Virus record (IMG/VR): IMGVR_UViG_3300012202_000039
Span: 1-64,000 of that record
DNA from: a virus
Strand: one strand, 5' to 3'
DNA: 64,000 nucleotides
Shown here in pieces: positions 36,686 to 46,532 of the stretch. Each line of letters opens with the position of its first letter. The stretch's first letter is position 1. A program made the translations under genes and the position numbers. The notes beneath the pieces were generated by a model that saw nothing but the letters and a program-made list of their open reading frames with translations, did not search any database and was not told the origin of the DNA.

Positions 36686-37417
36686 ATGATCAACCAGAAT
36701 CGTACGAAGCCAACCAAATCTATCGATTTCTTAATCAGTGGTAGTGTGACCACTATTATTGAAGGCGCCGTTCTGATCACCCAGACGGAAGCTGATGGGT
36801 TTAACCATGTTCTACCCTCGGCAGGTTCTAGCGGCGAGATTTTCGCTGGTATCGCTTATAGCCAGATGATGACTCCGACTACTTTCCCTCGGGTTAATCT
36901 GGTTACTGTTCCGCTGACTTCACCTTATACGGTTACGCTGGATCGTACTCCGGTTACCTATAATCTGGATATCAGCGTTAAGCGTAATAGCAATAATACA
37001 CTTCTGACCATTGATAACGGTGGTACTACGCCAGCTACTGGTCACGTTGCGTTAGCAGTTGCGGGTAATGTGCTTACCTTTAACGCGGCTGATGCCGGTT
37101 TAGCCATGACCGTGGTTTTCCGCTTTAATCTCAGTGTGGCAGAAGCTGAATTTATTGCAGGTGATGGTGTTATAGGTGCTCGCACTCCTGTGCAATTAGC
37201 TGGTTCAGTTGGTGTTATTCAGGGCGGTTTAGTTTATACCGATCAATTTGATCCTACCGTAGATTGGACAGCCCCTGCTATCGCTAATCTAGCTACTGGT
37301 GCTGGTGGTCGTTTAACTCGTGGTGGGTCAGGCTTTTCATTAACCAATGCGGGCATTTATGTAATTAAAGTGCCACAAATTGATGATCCTTACCTCGGTA
37401 TCGCCCTTAGCGCCTAA
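36686..37417 (+). CDS. Head decoration/structural protein
   Basis: Immediately upstream of the MCP; beta-rich; FAGIAY and YTDQFD motifs. Confidence 0.6.
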   Translation: MINQNRTKPTKSIDFLISGSVTTIIEGAVLITQTEADGFNHVLPSAGSSGEIFAGIAYSQMMTPTTFPRVNLVTVPLTSPYTVTLDRTPVTYNLDISVKRNSNNTLLTIDNGGTTPATGHVALAVAGNVLTFNAADAGLAMTVVFRFNLSVAEAEFIAGDGVIGARTPVQLAGSVGVIQGGLVYTDQFDPTVDWTAPAIANLATGAGGRLTRGGSGFSLTNAGIYVIKVPQIDDPYLGIALSA

Positions 37418-37455
37418 TTATATTTTTATAAAATTATTCCAAAGGAATATAGGTT

Positions 37456-38553
37456 ATGAAAGCAACTGTTGCTCGTCGCCCTGCTGTCCCAGCTTTACAT
37501 GCACGTTTTAATGGTAGTAATGAACGTATCGTCGGTCGAGACAATCATATTAATGCGGGTTCTAATAAGGAACTTCTAACCCGCATTAAAGATCTGGCGG
37601 AAATGGTCACCGCTGGTTCTATTGATATGTCGCCCTATAATAAGAATAATCAAGTTACTGCGGCTGACGTTCAAACTCGTAATCAAAAATTATCAGCAGC
37701 ATTTTATACCCAGAATAATTCCCGTCCGTGGGCAAATATGGGTGCCGCAGTTAGTGCCGATCTTTCGGAAGCCGCTGACCGTGAAGGCTTTATGCGTCGT
37801 CTCTTACTTAAGGTTGACGTAGCCAACGGAACTATTCCACGTATCCGCGTTAAGCAGAAGAATATTATCGCCTTAATCGCTTCTTCGGGGTTAGATAATC
37901 GGCCGGTATACTTACGTGATAAGTATATTACGCCTCCAGAATTTTATATTAAGCATAATATTCGCGTGGAAGAACGTGAAATTGTGCAGGGGTCTGGGGA
38001 TATTCTTGAAGATAAGTTCTTCGAGACCCAGGAAGGTATTATGGTGCAGGAAGATCGTAAGTTTATCTCTCTGCTAAATGATACTATTGGTATCGCTAAT
38101 AGTAATCAGCTTTTAGCGGGTGGTTTATCTCCTGCTACCTTATCACAGATGCGCACACAGATTCTACAGTGGAATCTGCCAGCATCTACTCTGTTAATTG
38201 CATCTGATGTGCTTAATGATATCGTTGGTCAGGGCGCAAATACTTTTGGCGGCTATTTTGATCCGGTGTCACAGTTTGAAATCGTTCAGACTGGTATGAT
38301 TGGTACCTTAATGGGTATGCAGGTTATCACGGATTCGTACCGTGCCCCAACTCTTAAGGTTCTTAATGCCGGTGATATCTGGGTACTTTCTAATCCAGAA
38401 ATGCTCGGTGCCTTTACGGATCGTGGTCCCGTGCAGTCACAGGAAGTTAATTCATACATGGAAGGTTCGCCCGCTCGTGGTTGGAACTTCTTTGAATTAC
38501 TGAGTATGACTATAACTAACCAACGGTCAGCCGTCCACGGAAGTCGAGTTTAA
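37456..38553 (+). CDS. Major capsid protein (HK97 fold)
   Basis: 365 aa; REGFMRRLL, QEDRKF, GMIGTLMGMQVIT (GxLxG), RGP and RGW motifs; position in head module. Confidence 0.8.
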   Translation: MKATVARRPAVPALHARFNGSNERIVGRDNHINAGSNKELLTRIKDLAEMVTAGSIDMSPYNKNNQVTAADVQTRNQKLSAAFYTQNNSRPWANMGAAVSADLSEAADREGFMRRLLLKVDVANGTIPRIRVKQKNIIALIASSGLDNRPVYLRDKYITPPEFYIKHNIRVEEREIVQGSGDILEDKFFETQEGIMVQEDRKFISLLNDTIGIANSNQLLAGGLSPATLSQMRTQILQWNLPASTLLIASDVLNDIVGQGANTFGGYFDPVSQFEIVQTGMIGTLMGMQVITDSYRAPTLKVLNAGDIWVLSNPEMLGAFTDRGPVQSQEVNSYMEGSPARGWNFFELLSMTITNQRSAVHGSRV

Positions 38554-38607
38554 ATTAGACCAAAATGCTGTTTAATACATGGCATTAGTTATAAAAGGGT
38601 CAAATTA

Positions 38608-38701
38608 CTAATTTAAGCGACATTATATTATATAACTCAAGATCTCTATTAAAACTGTAAATGAACAGAGATCTTGAGTTATAAATGTCGGCTTAAGTTA
38701 G
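38608..38701 (+). promoter_or_regulatory. Long inverted repeat upstream of the endonuclease gene
   Basis: Perfect 17-bp arms TATAACTCAAGATCTCT (38631-47) / AGAGATCTTGAGTTATA (38667-83) with imperfect outer arms; CTGTAAAT in the loop. Confidence 0.75.
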
Positions 38702-38712
38702 GAGAGTTTAAA

Positions 38713-40026
38713 TTGGAACGTTCAGAACAATATTATGATAGTTTAAAGAACGAACATATTAGAAAATTTAACGAAACACATGGTAAGGGTGAATATAAAT
38801 TCTTATCTAAGATTTATCGTAAACAATTAGACACATATAAATATAAGCATAAATGTGGGCTAATTTTTGAATCTACGGCTATGAGCCTACAACATGGCAG
38901 ATCTAAGTGTGTTTGCCAACATAAAATAAATATTCCGAATACACCTGAAGGGTTTAAAATTAGATCTGCTGCTTCAAATAAAGGCCAAGCTGGACGTTAT
39001 AAAACCTATCGTAAGAAAATGCAAGTAATATTAAACGAAAAGTACGGTGAAAATGAATATAAACTTTTAACTAAGAAATATGAGGGTGGAACTAAAACTT
39101 ATACCTTTAAGCATTCTTGTGGATTAAAATTTAAATCTACTGCTGCTTGTTTATCTAGAGGTTTATCTAAGTGTCCTTGTTTACACATTGTAAGAAGTAA
39201 AGGACTTACTCTAGAAGAACATAATATAGATTTACAAGCTAAAAAAGGTAACGATTATACTTGTACTAAATATTTTAGTATGCATGATCCAAATAATGAA
39301 TATATACACAATATATGTGATAATGCTTTTAAATCCCGTGCAGCAGCTGTTCTAGGTGATTTAAAAGGTTGTATCCATTGCTCGGGTAAAGACGGTAGTT
39401 TAATTAATAGAGTGACTAAACGTCAATTTATGAAAGAATTAAATAGTGTTGAAAATGGAAGAGATTACCGAATTATCGGAGATTTTGAGGGTAAGTCTAA
39501 AATAACAGAGTTTAAACATAATTGTGGTAATAAATTTAAAGCTAAGCCTTATGATGTATTAATGAATCGTATTAGATGTTATACATGTTATCCTATATTA
39601 AGTAATAAAGAAGTAGAAGTAAATAATAAAATTTTTACTTTACGTGGATATGAACCTTTCGCTTTAGAACGATTATTAAAGCTTTACAGTTATAAAGATA
39701 TTCTTGATTCTAAGTCAAAAGAGTTTCCTCATTTTAAATACACAATAAATAGGATACGCCGAAATTATATTCCAGATCTTTATGTTAAATCTAATAATCT
39801 AGTAATTGAGGTTAAGAGTTTATCAACTATGGGTTTAGAAAATTCATATTTTAATGATAAAGATGGTATCGATTTATTTGATAGAAATAGCGCCAAAGCA
39901 AAAGCAGTACTAAGAAAGGGTTACAAATTTAGGATGTACTTATTCGATAGTAAAGGTGTACGGATAACACTACCAAAATACTGGTATACGTTATCTAAAA
40001 CAGATGTGTTAGATTATATTTCTTAA
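38713..40026 (+). CDS. Free-standing (homing-type) endonuclease: Zn-finger repeats plus PD-(D/E)XK domain
   Basis: Four HxC..F...CxC/CxxC repeats; GYEPFAL and YIPDLY...IEVKS; TTG 38713 follows a GGAG RBS. Confidence 0.75.
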   Translation: MERSEQYYDSLKNEHIRKFNETHGKGEYKFLSKIYRKQLDTYKYKHKCGLIFESTAMSLQHGRSKCVCQHKINIPNTPEGFKIRSAASNKGQAGRYKTYRKKMQVILNEKYGENEYKLLTKKYEGGTKTYTFKHSCGLKFKSTAACLSRGLSKCPCLHIVRSKGLTLEEHNIDLQAKKGNDYTCTKYFSMHDPNNEYIHNICDNAFKSRAAAVLGDLKGCIHCSGKDGSLINRVTKRQFMKELNSVENGRDYRIIGDFEGKSKITEFKHNCGNKFKAKPYDVLMNRIRCYTCYPILSNKEVEVNNKIFTLRGYEPFALERLLKLYSYKDILDSKSKEFPHFKYTINRIRRNYIPDLYVKSNNLVIEVKSLSTMGLENSYFNDKDGIDLFDRNSAKAKAVLRKGYKFRMYLFDSKGVRITLPKYWYTLSKTDVLDYIS

Positions 40027-40074
40027 TAGTAATTTAATCAAAGGGAAGCCTTCTATGCTGAAGGGAAAAGTATT

Positions 40075-40908
40075 ATGAAATCGCTTAACGCTAAGAATTT
40101 AGAAATACTGCAAAGGTGCAGTAAGCAAATCGCTAGTATGCTTAAAGAAAATCATATTGTTATCTCTAGTAACGAAGTATTAGATGATATTCTGAATATG
40201 GTTCTCAGTAAGGCTAATGGTGGTAAATCTACAGTTACGGCAGCTACAGCACCAACTACGTTACCACAACATAATCCTGCTGCTGATATTCTTTGTTTAG
40301 CCTTTGCACATTTTCAAGAGGGTGAATTAGAGACTTCACTTAAATATGTATCCGCAGCTTTTGAAGCCGAAGGTATCGAAGAACTCGTGCAAGCTATGGA
40401 ATCGATGAATAATGAAGTTGAAGAGGCATCATTTAATAAGGATGCTGATAGTTTAGCTCAACTAAATCCATTTAATGGTAATATGAGTCTAGTTGATTTA
40501 GATATTGACGATATGGTTGATGAAGCTGACCTCGATTATCAAAGCACTAATGTTCCGGTAGATCATTCCCAGACGGATGAAATAAATACAGATTACCTTG
40601 ATGACGAAGACGAAGACGAAGACGAAGACGACGATGATCCTAGTGTAACTATCGAAGTTAAATCTAGTGATCTTGGCGTCGTTACTAGTCAGGATGATGA
40701 TAACGAGTTACAAGATGAGAATGAAGACGAAGAACCGCGTGATGATAATATGGACTTCGATGACGAAGAAGATAATTTAAATAGTGATGATGATTTCGAA
40801 GATGAGGATGAAGTTAAAGCCAATATTATTCTAGCAAATAATATGTCTCTATATGGTGATACTATTAGTCGAAATAAAGCCAGTAGACTATTAAATAAAC
40901 GTGGTTAA
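40075..40908 (+). CDS. Acidic head-associated protein
   Basis: D/E-rich C-terminal half; downstream of the MCP. Confidence 0.55.
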   Translation: MKSLNAKNLEILQRCSKQIASMLKENHIVISSNEVLDDILNMVLSKANGGKSTVTAATAPTTLPQHNPAADILCLAFAHFQEGELETSLKYVSAAFEAEGIEELVQAMESMNNEVEEASFNKDADSLAQLNPFNGNMSLVDLDIDDMVDEADLDYQSTNVPVDHSQTDEINTDYLDDEDEDEDEDDDDPSVTIEVKSSDLGVVTSQDDDNELQDENEDEEPRDDNMDFDDEEDNLNSDDDFEDEDEVKANIILANNMSLYGDTISRNKASRLLNKRG

Positions 40909-40936
40909 TTATTTCTTGGTCTTACTACTAGTTGGT

Positions 40937-40976
40937 AAAAGGGAGACTACTGATTTGCTCAGTAGTCTCCCTTTTT
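40937..40976 (+). terminator. Intrinsic terminator
   Basis: AAAAGGGAGACTACTGA-TTTGC-TCAGTAGTCTCCCTTTT. Confidence 0.9.
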
Positions 40977-41000
40977 CTTAATAAAAATTGGGTTATTAAT

Positions 41001-41654
41001 ATGCAGGTAGAATCAAAAATATTTGAAGCTTCTTTAGAATATTTTATGAATATGTTGAAAGTTACCTTTAGTAAACCTAACTCCGAAAGGATAGAAGTAG
41101 TTAATACTCAGGGTCCTCAACAGATGCGTGAAATTGCACGTAGACTAGGCGGACAAGTTAAGTTTCCTTATATGGCTACTATGTTGGAATCTATACAAAA
41201 AGATCGTGAGAGTTACCCTGGTCGTAATATGAAACGTTTAACAGTTAATGGAGCGAAGAATTTAGATAATGGTACGGTATTAAAGTACCAACTTAAGCCA
41301 ATAGAAGCTAATATTACTACTAAATTTATCTGTCAAGATTATGCAGACGGTATAGATTTTTGTAAAAAACTTATATATTTAGATGAAACTTTTAACTTTG
41401 TATTAATGCAGGGTAATACTCGGATAAATATTCACGTTTTAACTGATGATGCCATACAATTCCCTGAAATACAACTAGATGATATTGATAGTATATTTCA
41501 GTTCGAAACTGTTATAAAAATAAAAACTTACATAGGTACTGTTGAACAATTTAAGTTAGTTAAAAATGTAACTGTTAATACCAATATTCCTTATAACGAT
41601 TATAGTGATTTTATAGTAGTTAGTAGTGAAAACTTTGCTCAAAATTCTTCATAG
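41001..41654 (+). CDS. Probable tail completion/terminator protein
   Basis: Upstream of the sheath; start moved to ATG 41001 because the upstream TTG frame runs through the terminator. Confidence 0.45.
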   Translation: MQVESKIFEASLEYFMNMLKVTFSKPNSERIEVVNTQGPQQMREIARRLGGQVKFPYMATMLESIQKDRESYPGRNMKRLTVNGAKNLDNGTVLKYQLKPIEANITTKFICQDYADGIDFCKKLIYLDETFNFVLMQGNTRINIHVLTDDAIQFPEIQLDDIDSIFQFETVIKIKTYIGTVEQFKLVKNVTVNTNIPYNDYSDFIVVSSENFAQNSS

Positions 41655-41663
41655 GAAAATCAG

Positions 41664-42038
41664 ATGGCTTTAGTTCCTGATACATTAACTTTCGATCACA
41701 TATTATATAAATCAGCTGCTAATGTTCGTGAAATACTTACTTCTTCTCGGGTATTCCTTTCCATATTTAATTGGACTAAAACTACGGTAGATATAGCAAA
41801 TAATACTTCATTTGCTATATCTACCGGTATAACGTTATTTATCGATATAAATTGTCGTAATCCAATGAAGTTAACTCTAGTATCTAATATACCTGGAACT
41901 AACACACCTCAGACCTATATAGTGCTGATTAATAACCGTTTCTTCTTTACTGGTGCTCTAACCTCTTTAACTCTCACTAATCCCAATCCTACATCGCCTA
42001 ATTTAGATCCAATACAGTGTAAAATTATATATGCCTAA
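41664..42038 (+). CDS. Hypothetical virion protein
   Basis: ORF track; tail module context. Confidence 0.55.
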   Translation: MALVPDTLTFDHILYKSAANVREILTSSRVFLSIFNWTKTTVDIANNTSFAISTGITLFIDINCRNPMKLTLVSNIPGTNTPQTYIVLINNRFFFTGALTSLTLTNPNPTSPNLDPIQCKIIYA

Positions 42039-42333
42039 GGAAATTGATATGATCGTACAAAATAAAACAGCTTTATCTATTGGTTTAGACTCGCATGATC
42101 GTGATCATGTACAGATTCCTCCACATTCTACTAAACAAGTTGATGATAAATTCTATTGGCAGTTTCCACCACATAAATTGAAGTTAATTAAACCCCCAGT
42201 CGGTGTAGAAGTTATTCTAGATGTAGATACTCCTACACCTATTAATGATAGTATTTCTGTTGAAGTTATTAATCCTCCTATTTTAGTTCAAGAAATTTCA
42301 TCTAATTTCGTCACTACAAAATCTAACTTATAA
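42031..42333 (+). CDS. Hypothetical protein
   Basis: ORF track. Confidence 0.55.
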   Translation: MPKEIDMIVQNKTALSIGLDSHDRDHVQIPPHSTKQVDDKFYWQFPPHKLKLIKPPVGVEVILDVDTPTPINDSISVEVINPPILVQEISSNFVTTKSNL

Positions 42334-42366
42334 CATATAGATATTTTAATATAAAAGGATATTATA

Positions 42367-44979
42367 ATGCCACAATTTTATCTTTCTCCTGGCGTCTACA
42401 ATACTGAAATAAATTTATCCCAGAGAGTGCAGGCAGCAGCATCTTCTACGGGTGCCGCAGTATTTGAATCGCATAAAGGTGCTTTAGGCCAACAGTTCTA
42501 TACTAATCGTGATGATTTTTTACGTGATTACGGTAACCCAGATCCTACTGTCAGTTTCGGTCACGATTGTGTATTAGATTTCTTTACCCAATCTAATTCT
42601 ATGTGGGTTGATCGAGTAATTAATGGATCTACTTGGGCAGGATCCTTTGTACATAATAATACAGGTGATAGTACAGCAACCTCCACTTATTATGATAAGT
42701 TTGATATTGGTAATAATAATCAATTTGATGGTGGCACTGAACAAGATATCACCGTCTTAACTTTTAGTGGAGCTATAATAACTGCTAATAGCATTACAGG
42801 TACTGTTACTGATGGTATTGTGACTTCTCCAGTTACGATTGGCCCTACGGTTTTTGCTACGAGTAATAATGCCACTTTAACCGCTTTTGCTACGGCTATT
42901 CAAAATGCTATTAATTCAATTAATGGTACTTACGCTGCTTTAGGTGGCGTAGCTGAAGTTATAGACACAGGAACAGCTAATAATCGTAGTATTAGGGTTA
43001 TTGCACCACAAGGAGTTATTTTAACTTTTACTGGTCTTGTGATTACTTTAGGTGCTAGCCAAGCTACTATTTCTGATCAAACCGGGGTTAAATTATTTGA
43101 CGTTTTCGCGATCGGTCCTGGTACTTATGCTAATGGCGCAGTTGGGTTTAAAACTAGTGGTATAAATCAAGGTATCCCCTCACGATATAATATATCATTT
43201 AGCGCCGCTTTAATTACGAGTAACGTATTTAGTGGAACAGTTAATGGCTTTAATATTGGATTTAATCAGGTACTGACATTAACTTTCAGTACAACTTTAG
43301 TAACTGGTAACGTATTTAATGCTACAGTTAACGGTGTAGCTTTAACTCCGATTAATTTTACGACGGATAGCGCTACGACTATGGCAGCTATTGCCACAGC
43401 AATTCAAGCGGCTACAGTTACATTAAATCCAGGATCTACCGCTACAGTTAGCGGTAATGTAATTACTGTGACTTGTGGTCGTCCCTTATATAACGTCAAT
43501 ACTATTACTGGTTCTGTTGTTACTGGTGGTGCTGGACAGGCTACTGTTACCTTAGCTACCGCATCTCCTGTGCAAACTAACGTAATATTTTCTGCTAATA
43601 ATAACCAAATGTTAAGTGATATTGCTACAGCTATTCAATATGCAATGGACATTAATATTAGTACAGGAGGTAGTACTGCTATAGTTAGTATACCAGGTTC
43701 ATTGACTATGAACCGACAGATTAACGTAGTTACTCCTAAAGCTACTTTTGATCTGACTTTTGCTAATCTATTAGTTACTAGTGGCTCTAGTCAAGCTAGT
43801 GTGGTCGTTAGTCAGACATTAGTTCGTACTCCACCTAACGGCACTTTTCAATTTCAAGTATTTGCTAACGGTAATGTTGTCACTCCTGTTGAATCATACG
43901 TTGTATCTATGGCAAATCAGCAGGATGGTTTTGGTAATCAACAGAATATTGCTCAGGTAATTAATCTAAGTGCTAGGGCTTCTAAATATGTACGAATTTG
44001 GCAGCCAAGTACTTCTTTAAGTTTACCTATAGTTACGGATACAGGTGGATCTATTATTTTTCTTGCAAATGGTGGTGATGGTTCAGCCGCTACTTCGTCA
44101 AATATCAATGCAGGTTGGAATACCTTTATTAACCGTGATCAAAATGAAATTCGTATTCTATTAAATTGTGGTTACACTAACGTCGCTGTTCAGCAGAATA
44201 TTGATGCTTTAGCTAATAGTCGATTTGACTGTTTTGGTATTCTTGACACACCCTCAAACTTACAGGCGACGACTAGTGCAACTAACTATCGTCTTAATAC
44301 ACTAAACATCAATTCATCTTATTCTGGTATGTATAGTCCAGATTCTCAAATTGTAGATGAATTTACGGACCAAATTAGATTTATTCCTAATTCTGGTAAC
44401 GTAGGTGCTACTTTCGTCTTTACGGATACATCTCGGGCAACGTGGTTTTCTCCCGCTGGTTTAAATCGTGGTCAAATTCGTAACATTCAAGCGTTACGGG
44501 TTGATTATGAACAAGGTGATCGTGATCAACTGAGTCCTAATCAAGTTAATGCTATTATTAAGAAACGTGGTAAAGGTTTCTTTGTTTTTGATGATCAAAC
44601 TCTATCTGCGGTAAAGAGTGCATTATCTAACATTAACGTTCGCCGTCTATTAATCTTTATCGAAGTTGCTATTACCGATGCATTAGACTTCGATCTTTTT
44701 GAACCAGATGACGATTTTCTTGGATTTACTATTGTACAAATGTTGAATGATTTTCTCTTACCTATTCAACGAGGTAGAGGATTATTTGACTTTCTAGTAG
44801 TATCTGACGATACGAATAATTCAGCTTCAGATATAGATGCTGGACAGCGTAACGTTGATATTTATCTGAAGCCTACGTTAGCCGCACGAGTTATTAAAGT
44901 ACGTACAGGTATAACAAAGACAGGGGCTAACTTCAGTGAATTAGTTGCTGCGGGTGGATTAGCAGCTGTCGCTGGATAA
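42367..44979 (+). CDS. Tail sheath protein with inserted repeated domains
   Basis: SPGVY, WFSPAG.NRG, INVRRL, FEPDD and RGLFDF motifs. Confidence 0.92.
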   Translation: MPQFYLSPGVYNTEINLSQRVQAAASSTGAAVFESHKGALGQQFYTNRDDFLRDYGNPDPTVSFGHDCVLDFFTQSNSMWVDRVINGSTWAGSFVHNNTGDSTATSTYYDKFDIGNNNQFDGGTEQDITVLTFSGAIITANSITGTVTDGIVTSPVTIGPTVFATSNNATLTAFATAIQNAINSINGTYAALGGVAEVIDTGTANNRSIRVIAPQGVILTFTGLVITLGASQATISDQTGVKLFDVFAIGPGTYANGAVGFKTSGINQGIPSRYNISFSAALITSNVFSGTVNGFNIGFNQVLTLTFSTTLVTGNVFNATVNGVALTPINFTTDSATTMAAIATAIQAATVTLNPGSTATVSGNVITVTCGRPLYNVNTITGSVVTGGAGQATVTLATASPVQTNVIFSANNNQMLSDIATAIQYAMDINISTGGSTAIVSIPGSLTMNRQINVVTPKATFDLTFANLLVTSGSSQASVVVSQTLVRTPPNGTFQFQVFANGNVVTPVESYVVSMANQQDGFGNQQNIAQVINLSARASKYVRIWQPSTSLSLPIVTDTGGSIIFLANGGDGSAATSSNINAGWNTFINRDQNEIRILLNCGYTNVAVQQNIDALANSRFDCFGILDTPSNLQATTSATNYRLNTLNINSSYSGMYSPDSQIVDEFTDQIRFIPNSGNVGATFVFTDTSRATWFSPAGLNRGQIRNIQALRVDYEQGDRDQLSPNQVNAIIKKRGKGFFVFDDQTLSAVKSALSNINVRRLLIFIEVAITDALDFDLFEPDDDFLGFTIVQMLNDFLLPIQRGRGLFDFLVVSDDTNNSASDIDAGQRNVDIYLKPTLAARVIKVRTGITKTGANFSELVAAGGLAAVAG

Positions 44980-45006
44980 AACTCATTAAAGCACAAATGT
45001 TAATCT

Positions 45007-45043
45007 AAAACAGCTACTAGGATTAATCCTAGTAGCTGTTTTT
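45007..45043 (+). terminator. Intrinsic terminator (perfect palindrome)
   Basis: AAAACAGCTACTAGGATT|AATCCTAGTAGCTGTTTT. Confidence 0.85.
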
Positions 45044-45100
45044 GTTTTAAACAAATATAACTAATTTAAGGTATTAAATCTATATACAAAGGTAAGAAAT

Positions 45101-45634
45101 ATGCCACGTATTTCACTGTCTGATGTGCAATCTTTACATGATCCTATCAGTTCTGAAGCTTATGTACTACAATTAGGCACAATTCCTAATTCTATCGGTA
45201 ATGATCGAGAATTAGCAATTAAATGCTTAAATGCTAATATGCCGGGATTTTCTAATGAAGCTTTTGAAGTAAATTTACACTCGCATGTGCGTAACGTACG
45301 TGGTCGTAAGATGTACCCACGAACACTGGCCGTGACATATATTGAAGATTCTACATTACATACAACTAACTTATTACGTTCATGGAGTGAATTTATTGTA
45401 GGCTCGCAATCTGGTACTTCTGCGGGCGATATTGCTCAGTATTCAGTTACCGCCAATCTTCAGGTATTTAACCACCAGGGTACGATAATTCAGGATATCA
45501 ATTTCTTTCATTTCTTTATTCAGGAAGTTCCTGATGTGCAGCTTACGGGTGAATCTTCGACTTTAATGCAAATTCCAGTTACATTTAAATATGATCATTT
45601 CTTAACTAATATTGGACCAGTTACCACAAGGTAA
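45101..45634 (+). CDS. Tail tube protein (T4 gp19-like)
   Basis: Follows the sheath; 177 aa; MPG..GRK..VTYIED..LRSW..VTFKYD. Confidence 0.8.
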   Translation: MPRISLSDVQSLHDPISSEAYVLQLGTIPNSIGNDRELAIKCLNANMPGFSNEAFEVNLHSHVRNVRGRKMYPRTLAVTYIEDSTLHTTNLLRSWSEFIVGSQSGTSAGDIAQYSVTANLQVFNHQGTIIQDINFFHFFIQEVPDVQLTGESSTLMQIPVTFKYDHFLTNIGPVTTR

Positions 45635-45638
45635 TTAT

Positions 45639-46532
45639 ATGAAAAGGGTATCACTTAACGACGTTCAATCTATACCTGATTTTGCACAAAAAGATAATTT
45701 TAATTTCGTATTAGGTAATACTCCTGGTGGAAGTACAGATAGAAAATTACACATAAAGTGTAATTCTATTACATTTCCACCATTAGAGAATGAACCTATT
45801 ATAGTAAATCTTTGGGGGCATAAAGTAAAACATCGTGGTAAATTTGTGCCTCCACAAGATATCACGGTTACTTATTATGAAGATAATAAATATAGAACTT
45901 TAAAAGCTTTACGTTCTTGGCATAACGCTGTTGTTAATCCGGTTACTGGATCAACAGCTTATGGCAAAGTTGGCTATACTACTATAAGTGAATTAAGTTT
46001 ATATGATCAAAAAGGTCATATAGGTTATGGGATAGGTTTCGTAAATATGTTTCCACAGAGGATAGAAGGTTTTGAATTAAGTGGTGACTCTTCTGGTCCT
46101 ATATTAATATCAGTGAATTTTGGTTACGATTATATGGTTGAAGTTGGAAGTTTTGGTGGTATAGGTGGATTATTAACGGGTAGTAGTGCCCTAGGTGGTG
46201 TAGTTAATACAGTTATATCTAATTTAGGTTTAAGTGCTAATGTTCTAGGTATTGATGTAGGTTTAAATCCTAATGGATTAACATTAAATGGTGGTGGTAT
46301 TGGTTTAACTGCCGGGTTAGATGGCGTAGGTATAGATACCGGTGGAGTAATTAGTAAAGCCTTTGATATTTTTGCAGGTAATGGAATATTTGGAGGTAAT
46401 AATATAGGACAATCTAATGGTGCTGGTGGTATTCCTGGTGCTGGTACATTAGGAGATGATTCAGCAACTAATCCACAAGTATCGAATAATGCTCCGCAAA
46501 GTGTAATTACTTCTAATCTTGGATTAGGCTAA
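45639..46532 (+). CDS. Tube-like baseplate protein (gp54-like) with Gly-rich tail
   Basis: Paralogous to 45101 (RVSLNDVQS; TYYED..LRSW; VNFGYD). Confidence 0.65.
   Translation: MKRVSLNDVQSIPDFAQKDNFNFVLGNTPGGSTDRKLHIKCNSITFPPLENEPIIVNLWGHKVKHRGKFVPPQDITVTYYEDNKYRTLKALRSWHNAVVNPVTGSTAYGKVGYTTISELSLYDQKGHIGYGIGFVNMFPQRIEGFELSGDSSGPILISVNFGYDYMVEVGSFGGIGGLLTGSSALGGVVNTVISNLGLSANVLGIDVGLNPNGLTLNGGGIGLTAGLDGVGIDTGGVISKAFDIFAGNGIFGGNNIGQSNGAGGIPGAGTLGDDSATNPQVSNNAPQSVITSNLGLG

Noticed and set aside
38554-40074. Group I intron carrying the endonuclease in the MCP gene
   Set aside because: The MCP appears complete at 38553, and no P/Q/R/S core or second exon was recognisable
40932-41000. N-terminal extension of the 40932 ORF
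   Set aside because: It runs through an intrinsic terminator; ATG 41001 is more plausible
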